Source: Candidatus Marinacidobacterales bacterium (lineage in GTDB: Bacteria > Acidobacteriota > Vicinamibacteria > Marinacidobacterales > DATDRI01). From it: DNA of 64,000 nt. The stretch lies in contig OZ245365.1 of NCBI GenBank assembly GCA_965226495.1, forward strand, positions 1,088,001 to 1,152,000, written 5' to 3'. The notes under the pieces are model-generated. The model did not search any database. It had not been told where the DNA came from and saw only the letters and a list, made by a program, of their open reading frames with translations. Below are positions 31,363 to 40,514 of the stretch, in pieces (within the stretch, counting starts at the first letter, position 1; each line of letters opens with the position of its first letter). The position numbers were made by a program, and so were the translations under genes.

Positions 31363-32019
31363 ATGCACCGAAAGGCGTTCATCGCCTGTCTCATAACGTC
31401 GCTCGCGGCGTGTCAGGGAGATCCCAACGTGGCCTTGGTCGAGGCCTCGAAACAAGGTGACGCCGACCAGATACCGGACCTCTTGGAGGCCGGCGCCGAC
31501 CCGAACCTTCGAGACGAGGATGGGTCTTCGGTGCTCATGTTGGCGGTTGTTTCTGGCAAGCACGACGCCGTGCGTGCCTTGCTCGAAGGCGGAGCCGAGC
31601 CTCAAGCGACGATCGAAAACGGATCGACAGCATTGCACGTCGCGGCCGGAACCGGCGATGCGGCGGTGGTACGCACGCTGCTCGAACTAGGTGCCGACGT
31701 TAATAGCAGGACCAGCTCCGGCACGACCTCTTTAATGATGGCGGCCCTTTGGGGGCATCTCGACGCGCTCCAAGTCTTGCTAGAGGCGGGTGCGCAGAAG
31801 AACCTCAAGAACGAGGACGAATCCTCGGCACTGATGCTTGCCACGATGGAACGCCGTCCCGAGATCGTTAGAGCACTTCTGGACGCCGGCGCCAACCCGA
31901 GGATCGAGAGAAGGGGACTCACTCCTTTAATGATGGCCCGGCGGGAGGGCTATACCGAGATCGAGATCATGCTGCGCGATGCACTAGGGCTTGGCAAAAA
32001 GAAGGGGCGGAAGTTCTAG
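31363..32019 (+). CDS. Ankyrin-repeat lipoprotein
   Basis: LAAC lipobox and repeated G.TAL..AA..G....V..LLE.GAD.N units. Confidence 0.88.
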   Translation: MHRKAFIACLITSLAACQGDPNVALVEASKQGDADQIPDLLEAGADPNLRDEDGSSVLMLAVVSGKHDAVRALLEGGAEPQATIENGSTALHVAAGTGDAAVVRTLLELGADVNSRTSSGTTSLMMAALWGHLDALQVLLEAGAQKNLKNEDESSALMLATMERRPEIVRALLDAGANPRIERRGLTPLMMARREGYTEIEIMLRDALGLGKKKGRKF

Positions 32020-32025
32020 GCGCGA

Positions 32026-32177
32026 CTAGTGGACGGTAATAATGAAATCGATACTGGACTTCATCGCCGCTATCCACGCGCCCCCCTCACCCGCCCGCCG
32101 AAGGCGGGCGACCTCTCCCCCGGAGTCGGGGGAGAGGTAATAGAGGTGGTACCAACTTCGTTGGCACGGCCTATTAG
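32026..32177. mobile_element. ~152-bp MITE-like element with imperfect terminal inverted repeats and internal REP hairpins (copy 1)
   Basis: Aligns over its whole length with the reverse complement of 54619-54769. Overlaps the sulfotransferase stop codon. Confidence 0.75.
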
Positions 32178-32782
32178 CGGCGGTTTCGATAGAGCTTCTC
32201 GTCCACGGCGCTGGTCATCTTGTCCACGTCGAGATTCCCCAAGAATTCACTAATACGCTCGGCCTCGCGTCGCGGATTCGCCACGACGTCCTTGTAGTTC
32301 ACTTCCAGCAGCTCGAAACAAGGACGATGTTTCATCAGGTAGTTCACTTTCCAGAGATGATTCTTGTAGACCTCTAACATCTCCTCGTCCGAGGTTTCGG
32401 AAGCCTCAGCCCGATTCTTCAGCATTTTCGTTTGGGAGGCCAGAACCTCGTCCAGGTTACGGCGCATGAACACCACCTTGTAGTTGTTCGTCTCCGGGAG
32501 ATCTTTTAACAAGAAAGAGATGATCTTGATCGTCTTTCCCCGGAACTCCTTGAGGTAGGACTTGTCCGGCTCTTTCTCCAGCTCCTTGACCCGTTCGTAC
32601 TCGTAATACCCTTTGGGGTTGTCCTCGCCGGCCTTTCGGATTCCGTCGGTGGCGATGCTGAGCCCGGCGGCCTCCAGCATCTGCATGGTCATGGACGTCC
32701 CGGAGCGGGGGAGGCCCGAGACGACAATCAGCGGCTCACCGAACCGGATTCTTCTATAAGTCCTGACTAAAGTGGATGTCAT
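32174..32782 (-). CDS. Sulfotransferase family protein
   Basis: IVVSGLPRSGTS 5'-PAPS-binding loop, NPKGYYE, and MRR...EVLASQ 3'-PB-like motif. Confidence 0.88.
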   Translation of the reverse strand: MTSTLVRTYRRIRFGEPLIVVSGLPRSGTSMTMQMLEAAGLSIATDGIRKAGEDNPKGYYEYERVKELEKEPDKSYLKEFRGKTIKIISFLLKDLPETNNYKVVFMRRNLDEVLASQTKMLKNRAEASETSDEEMLEVYKNHLWKVNYLMKHRPCFELLEVNYKDVVANPRREAERISEFLGNLDVDKMTSAVDEKLYRNRR

Positions 32783-32983
32783 CCGTGGGCTCCCGACTCC
32801 TCCCGGGTTTGGGGGCCGGCGTCAAAACCTAGTAAGATAACGCTCTAGAGCTTGAAATGCCAGCCGCTTCTCAATAAACTACGTGATTCTGGCCCGTTGC
32901 CGCGGCGCAGACCAGCCAACCGCTTTCCCCGCATGCGGAAGAGCGGCCCAACTTGCGCCTTCTTGAAAGGAAGACATCCGTTG

Positions 32984-35131
32984 ATGCGATCTAGTTCGAT
33001 GGGGAAGAGGGTTTCGAGGGCCGCCCCAGTGGTGATTTTCCTGGCGGCCATTCTTGGCTCGGCGGAGCCGGCCTTCGCCTACATCGGCCCGGGCGCTGGC
33101 TTCGCGCTCCTATCCTCTTTCCTTGTTCTCTTTACCACCATTATCCTCGCGATTTTTTCCCTGCTCATTCTTCCTTTCCGTGCGCTCTTCCGGCTCATCT
33201 TGCGCAAGACGCGGCCGAAGCCGTGGATCAAACGTATGATCGTTGTGGGATTCGACGGGCAAGATCCTAAGATCACCGAGCGGCTCTTGAAGAAGGGAAA
33301 GCTTCCGAACTTCAAGCGCCTGGCCGAGATGGGAAGTTATAGCCGCCTCCGTACCACCTTTCCTTCGATCTCGCCGGTGGCCTGGTCTTCCTTCAGTACC
33401 GGCACCAATCCGGCGCGCCACAACATCTATGATTTTCTTGACCGTGATCTCCGGACGTATTTGCCGGTACTTTCTTCGACACACATCGGCGGGCTCGAGA
33501 AGTTCCTGAAGATCGGACGTTATCGGGTTCCCCTGCGCAAGCCGGAAGTCCGGCTGCTCCGCAAGTCCAAACCCTTCTGGTCGATCCTGGGCGAGTACAA
33601 CATCTGGAGCTCGATCATTCGGGTTCCGATTACCTTTCCCCCCGATCACTTTTACGGAGCGCAACTCAGTGCGATGTGTGTGCCGGACCTCTTGGGCACG
33701 CAAGGAACGTTTCAACTTTTCACGACTCGGCCCGCCACCGAAAAATTCAAGGAAGGTGGCATTCGGATATCTCTCACGCCAAACGGGGACCGATTCGAGA
33801 CCAAGTTCGAGGGGCCCGAGAATCTGTTCAGGGAAGACAACGCGAAGCTCCAGGTTCCGTTTACGATTGCTCTGGATCGAGCCGCAAATCGGGTGCGGGT
33901 TTCGATTGGCAGTGACGAGGTGGAGCTTCAGAAGGGGCATTTGAGCGACTGGGTCACGCTGACCTTCAAGGCCGCTCCGGGGATCAAGGTCTCGGGCATT
34001 TGCCGCATGATGGTGACCGAGATGGAGGAGTATTTTTCGCTCTACGTGACTCCCATCAACATCGATCCCGAAAAACCCGCCATGCCGATTTCCCACCCAT
34101 CGTACTACTCGACTTATCTTGCCAAGAAGATCGGTCCCTACTCAACGCTTGGGCTCGCGGAGGACACCTGGGCTCTCAATGAAGGCGTGACCGATGATGG
34201 CACGTTCCTCCAGCAGGCTTATGACATCGATGGTGAGCGCCAGGAGATGTTTTTCGCTGCGATGGATCGGCTTCGTCGTGGGAGCCTGGTCTGCGTCTTC
34301 GACGCGACGGATCGTATCCAGCACATGTTCTGGCACTATACCGAGGACGGACATCCCGCCACCCAAAATGGAAAAGCGGATCTAGTGGGCAAGTACCGCG
34401 ACACAATCGATGAGATCTATATCCATAACGACAAGCTGGTGGGCAAGGTGCTCGATCAACTCGAGGACGGAGACGTGCTCTTCGTGATCTCGGACCACGG
34501 CTTCAGTTCTTTCCGCCGAGGCGTGAACCTGAATGCCTGGCTACAGGCCAACGGCTATTTGACACTCAAAGACGGTGCCGACGGGTCAGCGGAGTGGCTG
34601 CGTGACGTCGATTGGTCGAAAACGAAAGCATACTGCCTCGGTCTCACTGGAATGTTTCTCAATGTGAAGAACCGAGAGGGACAGGGGATCGTCGAGCAAG
34701 GAGCGGAGGCGGAGGTGTTGAAGGCGGAGCTCATCTCCAAGCTCAACGGACTGAAGGACGACGAAAAGGGTGCGGTGGGAATCAATGAAGTCTTCGATAC
34801 CGCCAACGTATACGGCGGTCCTTATATCGGAAATGCCCCGGACCTGATCATCGGTTACAACGGCGGCTACCGAATTTCCTGGGACTGCGCCACCGGCATG
34901 GTCTCCGGACCTGTTTTCGAGGACAACACAAAAGCGTGGAGCGGCGATCACTGCATCGATCCACGGTTGGTCCCCGGCGTGCTGTTTTGCAATCGCGAGA
35001 TCGATTCCGAAGATCCGGCCCTCATCGATATCGCGCCGAGTGCGCTCCGGATGTTCGGTCTCGAGCCACCGAAACATATGGATGGCAAATCCTTGTTTAC
35101 CAAGGAAACGTTTCAAGGCGCGGGGAGCTGA
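32984..35131 (+). CDS. Alkaline-phosphatase-superfamily protein (type I phosphodiesterase/NPP-like) with N-terminal YIGPGAG membrane anchor
   Basis: VGFDGQD, PSISPVAWSSFSTGTNP..H, DRIQH, SDHGF, WSGDH. Leader AFA-YIGPGAG followed by a TM helix. Start codon uncertain. Confidence 0.88.
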   Translation: MRSSSMGKRVSRAAPVVIFLAAILGSAEPAFAYIGPGAGFALLSSFLVLFTTIILAIFSLLILPFRALFRLILRKTRPKPWIKRMIVVGFDGQDPKITERLLKKGKLPNFKRLAEMGSYSRLRTTFPSISPVAWSSFSTGTNPARHNIYDFLDRDLRTYLPVLSSTHIGGLEKFLKIGRYRVPLRKPEVRLLRKSKPFWSILGEYNIWSSIIRVPITFPPDHFYGAQLSAMCVPDLLGTQGTFQLFTTRPATEKFKEGGIRISLTPNGDRFETKFEGPENLFREDNAKLQVPFTIALDRAANRVRVSIGSDEVELQKGHLSDWVTLTFKAAPGIKVSGICRMMVTEMEEYFSLYVTPINIDPEKPAMPISHPSYYSTYLAKKIGPYSTLGLAEDTWALNEGVTDDGTFLQQAYDIDGERQEMFFAAMDRLRRGSLVCVFDATDRIQHMFWHYTEDGHPATQNGKADLVGKYRDTIDEIYIHNDKLVGKVLDQLEDGDVLFVISDHGFSSFRRGVNLNAWLQANGYLTLKDGADGSAEWLRDVDWSKTKAYCLGLTGMFLNVKNREGQGIVEQGAEAEVLKAELISKLNGLKDDEKGAVGINEVFDTANVYGGPYIGNAPDLIIGYNGGYRISWDCATGMVSGPVFEDNTKAWSGDHCIDPRLVPGVLFCNREIDSEDPALIDIAPSALRMFGLEPPKHMDGKSLFTKETFQGAGS

Positions 35132-35133
35132 CG

Positions 35134-37122
35134 ATGGGCCCAACGCGAGCCATCGGCCTGGCTTTGGTGCTCGGTGTAAGCCTGGTAGGAGTCTCCTGCG
35201 GGAGCGACAAGACCAGTGAGCCGACCGGACCGCGGGTCATCATTCTGGGGTTCGACGGCATGGACCATGGGCTCGCCGCCAAGTTCATGTCGGAGGGAAA
35301 GCTCCCGAACCTCTCGCGCGTAGCCGAGCAGGGACATTTCTCTCCGCTAGCGACTTCCGTGCCACCGCAGAGCCCAGTGGCGTGGTCCAACTTCATCACC
35401 GGCATGGACTCGGGTGGCCACGGTATCTTCGATTTCGTACATCGGGATCCGGAAACGATGTTCCCCTTCCTATCGTCGGCCGAGACCCATGCCGGAGGGA
35501 CAACGATCAAGGTCGGGAAATGGCAGATCCCGCTTTCTGGTGGCTCCGTCGAGCTGCTGCGTCGAGGGAAGGCCTTCTGGGAGGTGCTCGAGGAAAACGG
35601 CGTGGAGACGACGATCATCCGGATGCCGGCGAACTACCCCCCGTCGGGGACCGCCACTCGTGAGCTGAGCGGCATGGGAACCGTCGACATCATCGGCTCG
35701 TACGGGACGTTTTCGTTCTATACCTCGGAGCTCTTCGCCTTCGCCGGTGAAGACATTTCCGGTGGGAAGGTCTACGAAGTCGATGTTTTCGACAGCGTCG
35801 TGGAGGCCGAACTCTACGGGCCCGACAATCCTTTTCTCGTGGAGCCGAAAAAAGTCACCTCGCCGTTTACCGCGTATCTCGATCCCGAAGAGTCGCTTGC
35901 CAAGATCGTCGTCGACACCGAAGAAGTCGTTCTCGCGGTAGGAGAGTGGAGCGACTGGGTGCCCATAGAATTCGATCTCATTCCGACTCAGAGTTTGCCC
36001 GGAATGGCCCGTTTCTATCTCAAACAGATAGAGCCCGACTTCGAGCTCTACGTCACTCCGATCAATCTCGATCCCTATGAGCCGGCGCAGCCCATCTCGA
36101 CACCCGCTTCTTATGCCGCGGAGGTGGCCGAAGCATCTGGTCGCTTCTACACCCAAGGAATGCCGGAGGACACCGCCGCCCTCATGGAGGACGTGTTCAC
36201 GCCCGAAGAGTTTCTAACTCAGTCCAAGATAGCGGGAGAAGAAAACGTCGAGCAGTACAAATGGGTGCTCGACCAATTCACGAACGGCCTCCTTTTCTAC
36301 TACTTCGGCAACGTGGATCAAATCAGTCACATGATGTGGCGGGGTCGAGACCCGGGACACCCGGCCTACGATGCGGATCAAGACGCCGGTTTTGCCGGCC
36401 TCATCGACGAGCTCTATCAGGGATTGGACCGAATTGTGGGCTATACGCTCGACAGAATGAACGAAGACGACCTGCTAGTCGTGATGTCGGACCATGGATT
36501 CACTTCGTGGCGGCGGTCCTTTCACTTGAACGCCTGGCTTCACCAGAATGGATTCCTCGCCGTACGGGATCCGAATATGGAAGACGACCCCGGGATTTTC
36601 GCCAACGTGGATTGGACGGGGACGCAGGCCTACGCGGTCGGCATCAATTCGTTGTATATCAATCTCCGCGGGCGTGAAAAGTGGGGAATCGTGAACCCTG
36701 TCGAGAGAGAAGCGATTATGGACGCGATCGCCGAGAAGCTTCTGGCGACCATTGATCCCGAGACCGGTGAGCAAGCCGTGACCAAAGTCTACAAACGAGA
36801 AGAGTTCTACAAGGACCGCGGCGAGCTCGAGATCGGTCCCGATTTAGTCATCGGTTACACCAAAGGAACCCGAGGCTCCAACGAGTCGGCATTGGGCGCG
36901 GTCGGCAAAGAGGTGTTTAGCGACAACACCAGCATTTGGAGCGGCGACCACGCTATGGACCACGAAGCGGTTCCCGGCGTTCTATTCGCGAGTCGTCCTC
37001 TAAAGAGAGATGCCACTCGATTACAAGACCTGGCAGCCGCAGTCCTAGCGGAATTCGGCATCGAGGGAGAGTTTCCCTCGCGAGTTGGCGAAGACGTGGA
37101 GGCCGGTAAGGGAGGAAGTTGA
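35134..37122 (+). CDS. Alkaline-phosphatase-superfamily lipoprotein (NPP-like), paralog of upstream gene
   Basis: GVSC lipobox, LGFDGMD, PPQSPVAWSNFITG...GHG, DQISH, SDHGF, WSGDH. Confidence 0.88.
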   Translation: MGPTRAIGLALVLGVSLVGVSCGSDKTSEPTGPRVIILGFDGMDHGLAAKFMSEGKLPNLSRVAEQGHFSPLATSVPPQSPVAWSNFITGMDSGGHGIFDFVHRDPETMFPFLSSAETHAGGTTIKVGKWQIPLSGGSVELLRRGKAFWEVLEENGVETTIIRMPANYPPSGTATRELSGMGTVDIIGSYGTFSFYTSELFAFAGEDISGGKVYEVDVFDSVVEAELYGPDNPFLVEPKKVTSPFTAYLDPEESLAKIVVDTEEVVLAVGEWSDWVPIEFDLIPTQSLPGMARFYLKQIEPDFELYVTPINLDPYEPAQPISTPASYAAEVAEASGRFYTQGMPEDTAALMEDVFTPEEFLTQSKIAGEENVEQYKWVLDQFTNGLLFYYFGNVDQISHMMWRGRDPGHPAYDADQDAGFAGLIDELYQGLDRIVGYTLDRMNEDDLLVVMSDHGFTSWRRSFHLNAWLHQNGFLAVRDPNMEDDPGIFANVDWTGTQAYAVGINSLYINLRGREKWGIVNPVEREAIMDAIAEKLLATIDPETGEQAVTKVYKREEFYKDRGELEIGPDLVIGYTKGTRGSNESALGAVGKEVFSDNTSIWSGDHAMDHEAVPGVLFASRPLKRDATRLQDLAAAVLAEFGIEGEFPSRVGEDVEAGKGGS

Positions 37123-37316
37123 TGTTTGGGTCGACGAAAGTGAAGTTGGATACAGATTTGGTGGCCAAGGTCAAGAAGTATTCGGACATCGCCGGATACT
37201 CCTCGCCCGAGGAGTTCATCACCCATGCTCTCGAAAAAGAGCTGGCCAAGCTCGAGGACGCTGGCTCCGAAGAGGAGATCCGTAAAAGACTTCAGGGGTT
37301 GGGTTACATCTCCTAG
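37122..37316 (+). CDS. Small hypothetical protein (RHH-like N-terminus, EEEIRKRLQGLGYI tail)
   Basis: GGAGGA RBS and TGATG overlap with the upstream stop (translational coupling). Confidence 0.8.
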   Translation: MFGSTKVKLDTDLVAKVKKYSDIAGYSSPEEFITHALEKELAKLEDAGSEEEIRKRLQGLGYIS

Positions 37317-37334
37317 CCGCCGGTCGCGAATCGT

Positions 37335-38183
37335 ATGTCGTACATCAACGCTATATTGAGGCCTGTCTTCGAGCTTCTTCTTTCGCCCTTTAGCGGGCTT
37401 CCTGCCATCGTGGGGCTGGCGGTGGTGTCGCTGATCACGGCCATCGGGATGCTCCTAGTCTTCAAGAAGACTTCGAACCAGGATGCCATTGCGGCTGTGA
37501 AGCGGCGCATTCACGCCAACCTTTTCGAGATCCGCCTCTTTAACGACGATCTACGAGCCATACTGCGTTCGCAAACCGAGATCCTCCGTCACAACCTGAC
37601 CTATCTTCGCCTGTCCGCGGTTCCCATGTTGTGGACCTTGCCGCCATTGATCTTGATCATCGCTCAACTTCAATTTCACTACGGCTACGCTGGACTCGAT
37701 CCCACTAATCCGGTTCTCCTCAAAGTCGAGCTCCAAGACAGCGGGAACAACGCTTCGTGGGAAGAAGCGCCCCGGCCGGAGCTCACCCTGGCCGCTCCCT
37801 CCGGTATACGGATCGAGACACCTGGTCTGTGGATTCCTTCGCTTCGGGAAATGGATTGGCGAATAGTCGGTGAAGGGAGCGGGGACTACGTAGTCGAAGT
37901 GAAACTCGATGGTCAGTCTCACTCGAAAACGGTGCGAGTCTCGAACGACGTCGTGCTTCGATCGCCCTCGCGTTTGGAAAAGGGCTTCTTGAACCAACTC
38001 CTTTTTCCGGCCGAGCCCCCCCTACTGGCGGACAGTCCCATCAAATCGATCACCGTGAACTACCCGGAGGCGGCGGTGAATACTTTCGTTTTCGGATGGT
38101 CACTGCACTGGATGATCATCTACTTCGTGCTAGCCATCGCCTTCGCATTCGCCCTCAGGAACACGTTCAAAGTCCAGATGTAA
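37335..38183 (+). CDS. Integral membrane protein, possibly DUF106/EMC3/TMCO1 (Oxa1 superfamily)-like
   Basis: Amphipathic helix, TM1, basic coiled region (TSNQDAIAAVKRRI...), PMLWTLPPL TM2, soluble insert, then W.I.YF TM3. Family assignment is from topology only. Confidence 0.55.
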   Translation: MSYINAILRPVFELLLSPFSGLPAIVGLAVVSLITAIGMLLVFKKTSNQDAIAAVKRRIHANLFEIRLFNDDLRAILRSQTEILRHNLTYLRLSAVPMLWTLPPLILIIAQLQFHYGYAGLDPTNPVLLKVELQDSGNNASWEEAPRPELTLAAPSGIRIETPGLWIPSLREMDWRIVGEGSGDYVVEVKLDGQSHSKTVRVSNDVVLRSPSRLEKGFLNQLLFPAEPPLLADSPIKSITVNYPEAAVNTFVFGWSLHWMIIYFVLAIAFAFALRNTFKVQM

Positions 38184-38258
38184 CGGGTTTGCGGGTACGG
38201 GTCTTCGGGCGCATAATGTCTCTAAATCAGTAAAACGTGCGCTAGGAGGAGTTTGGCG

Positions 38259-39002
38259 ATGAGCCAGAAACTAAATGGGCTTGTCCTCGCTGCTTTTTTG
38301 ACGACCGGCCTCATCACCGGTGCGGTCGCGGTGGCCAAGGATAAGCCTCCCGTGGCGACAGGCGAGTTTCAGTTCCTGCTGGTGGGAAAACGTATCGGCG
38401 AGGAGCGGTTTCGGGTCTTCAAGGATAAGAAGGACTATCGCATCGAGTCCACCACGACCTTCTATTGGCCGAAGCCGAGCGCTCAACATTACGAGTGGAA
38501 GCTGGATCGATCTCTTCAGCCGGACAAGCTGGACCACGATCTAAGAGAAGGTGGCAAGGTGATCACCGTCGAGCTGAGGAAAAAAGGCAAGAACTGGCGG
38601 AGCGAGGTCAAAGGAAAAAACGTCAAGAAGGTCAAGGAAGACATGGGCCTGAGGCAGTCTGCGGAGATCGATTTCGGATCACCTTTGTTCCAGTGGATTA
38701 CTTTTCGACACCTCAAGCTTGCAGAAGGGGAAAAGAAAGACGTTGAAGTGATCGTGCTCGAAGCGCCGAAGCCGAAGGTGGCACGCATCGAGCGAACCTA
38801 CACCCGGCTACCGGACGAAGGGGTTCAAGCCGATGTGCAAGGCGAGGTTGTGGCCTCCATTTATGATGTGACCCAATCGGAATCCAGTTACCGGCTTTGG
38901 TTGGATCCAAGCGGCTTCCCTATCCGCACCGAGCGAGAAACACCCGACGGTCTGCTCGAGATTCGACTGGTCCGTTTCGATAAGCACCCGCGGGCCTGGT
39001 GA
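38259..39002 (+). CDS. Secreted hypothetical beta-rich protein (DUF3108/DUF6134-like)
   Basis: AGGAGG RBS, signal peptide, GKRIGEERF, and C-terminal RLWLD..G.P.R. Confidence 0.6.
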   Translation: MSQKLNGLVLAAFLTTGLITGAVAVAKDKPPVATGEFQFLLVGKRIGEERFRVFKDKKDYRIESTTTFYWPKPSAQHYEWKLDRSLQPDKLDHDLREGGKVITVELRKKGKNWRSEVKGKNVKKVKEDMGLRQSAEIDFGSPLFQWITFRHLKLAEGEKKDVEVIVLEAPKPKVARIERTYTRLPDEGVQADVQGEVVASIYDVTQSESSYRLWLDPSGFPIRTERETPDGLLEIRLVRFDKHPRAW

Positions 39003-39021
39003 GGGCGACGGCCGGTTCGAC

Positions 39022-40086
39022 TCACCCGGTCGAGGCCAGTTGGCAGCCTGAGTAGACTGGCCCTGGCTCGCGTGCACGGCTGTCGGAGCGCCGGAATCGC
39101 CCCATCACTTCCTTTCCGTACGTGCGTTCAGCCAGATATTGGTTGTGCGCTGGACACATCATTTGAACGTTGTCAGGGCTGTGGTCGCCGCCCAGGGCAA
39201 ATGCCTCGTCGTGGTGAAACTGCAGCGCATTGCGACTCCGGCACCGTCTGCCGCGTCCGTCCACAAAGGTACAACGGTTCCCGTCGCGCTCGCTGACCGT
39301 GCGCCGCACTGCGGCCGGGATGTAACGTGACGACGGCGATGTGTCGGTCTCTTCGACGCTCTTCCTAGGGGCTGTCGTCTTGCCGAAGCGCTTCGCCTCG
39401 AGTCTTTCGAGCTTCTCGCTCACGGCTTCTTCGATGATCGCAGCCAGGTCGCCGTCTGGAACCGATGAACGCATGAGCGCCTGGAGCCGCTCTAACTTGG
39501 CGTGGAACTCGGCGTTGGCCGTGAACTGGACCTTGTAACGGGCAGGCGCCAGGGGCTCGACCAAAGCGGGCTTGGTCTTCGCAGGAGCGGGTAACTCGAT
39601 CGCAACTTGGTCCGGACCGAGTTGCGAGGCTGCTTTCTTCGGTCGCTGGGGTAGCTTTCGCATCACGGTTGGAACATCCGGCTTCGGGGTGATTTCGATC
39701 ACCAACTCCTCGATCTCTCGTTTGGATCTATGCGCCGCACGAGCCAGAAGCGTTTCTCGATTGGCTTCGGTCAGGTGCAGAGCGAGCTTGGCGATGCCGC
39801 TTAAGTGAAGCCGGCCGTCACCCAGCATCGCGAGCAGCATCGGATGCTTCCGAGACGCACGACCCACTGCGATGCGCAAATAGGCCTCGTGCTCCGACAA
39901 GTGCAACTCCTCCGTGCAGTAGGCAAACATAGAGGAGAATGCCCCTCTCGCATAGAGCCGCCGCTCGTCTACCTCGGCAATATGTGCGACAAGCTCTGAC
40001 TCGATGCGTCGTGAGTTCTGCACCAGCCCTGTTAAGCGGCGGAGTAGCTCATCATCCGAAATTGATTTTAGTAACTTGCTAGACAT
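39022..40086 (-). CDS. HNH endonuclease with DUF222-like N-terminal region
   Basis: LVAHIAEVDERRLY...SSMFAYC; C-terminal RYIPAAVRR.V..RDG.RC......RC......FHH....ALGG.....N....C..HN. Confidence 0.85.
   Translation of the reverse strand: MSSKLLKSISDDELLRRLTGLVQNSRRIESELVAHIAEVDERRLYARGAFSSMFAYCTEELHLSEHEAYLRIAVGRASRKHPMLLAMLGDGRLHLSGIAKLALHLTEANRETLLARAAHRSKREIEELVIEITPKPDVPTVMRKLPQRPKKAASQLGPDQVAIELPAPAKTKPALVEPLAPARYKVQFTANAEFHAKLERLQALMRSSVPDGDLAAIIEEAVSEKLERLEAKRFGKTTAPRKSVEETDTSPSSRYIPAAVRRTVSERDGNRCTFVDGRGRRCRSRNALQFHHDEAFALGGDHSPDNVQMMCPAHNQYLAERTYGKEVMGRFRRSDSRAREPGPVYSGCQLASTG
39600..39627. repeat. 28-bp palindrome inside the HNH gene; related 18-bp copy at 40373-40390
   Basis: TCGCAACTTGGTCCGGACCGAGTTGCGA (one mismatched pair) versus ACTTGGTCTGGACCAAGT. 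Confidence 0.8.
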
Positions 40087-40301
40087 GATTCGTCCCCCTC
40101 AAGAGTAATATAACAACGTACTTTTTTTGGCCTTGAGGCGACGTGAGCCGGTACGAATGTGCTTCGACGAAGTTTTTTGTCTCGAAGCTGCTAGGCGTTG
40201 ACTAGAACGTCATCGCAAGCTTTAGAGATGGCAGTTCGAAGGTGATCAATGAGATCGGAAATTCTGTTGTGAAATCTTGTCAAGAGAAAAGATCACTTTT
40301 C

Positions 40302-40343
40302 TTAGTTAGGAACGAGCCGCTTCAGCTCCTCGAACCAGTTAAG
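40302..40343 (-). pseudogene. Last 13 codons of a Ser/Thr kinase-TolB family gene
   Basis: Manual translation LNWFEELKRLVPN* parallels the end of the kinase at 57795-60509 (VTNWFDDLRR). Confidence 0.6.
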
Positions 40344-40514
40344 TAGGCTAGGGGCAGAGCGACATCATGGCCACTTGGTCTGGACCAAGTTGAGGAACTG
40401 GCGTCGGTCTTGTCTTCTCTCGACGCTCGACATGCTGCCTATCTACTCACCCGTGCTCTGGCCCCTGCCACATCGTTGAGCTATGTTGGCATTTGGGAGG
40501 GCAAGGAGAGCAGC

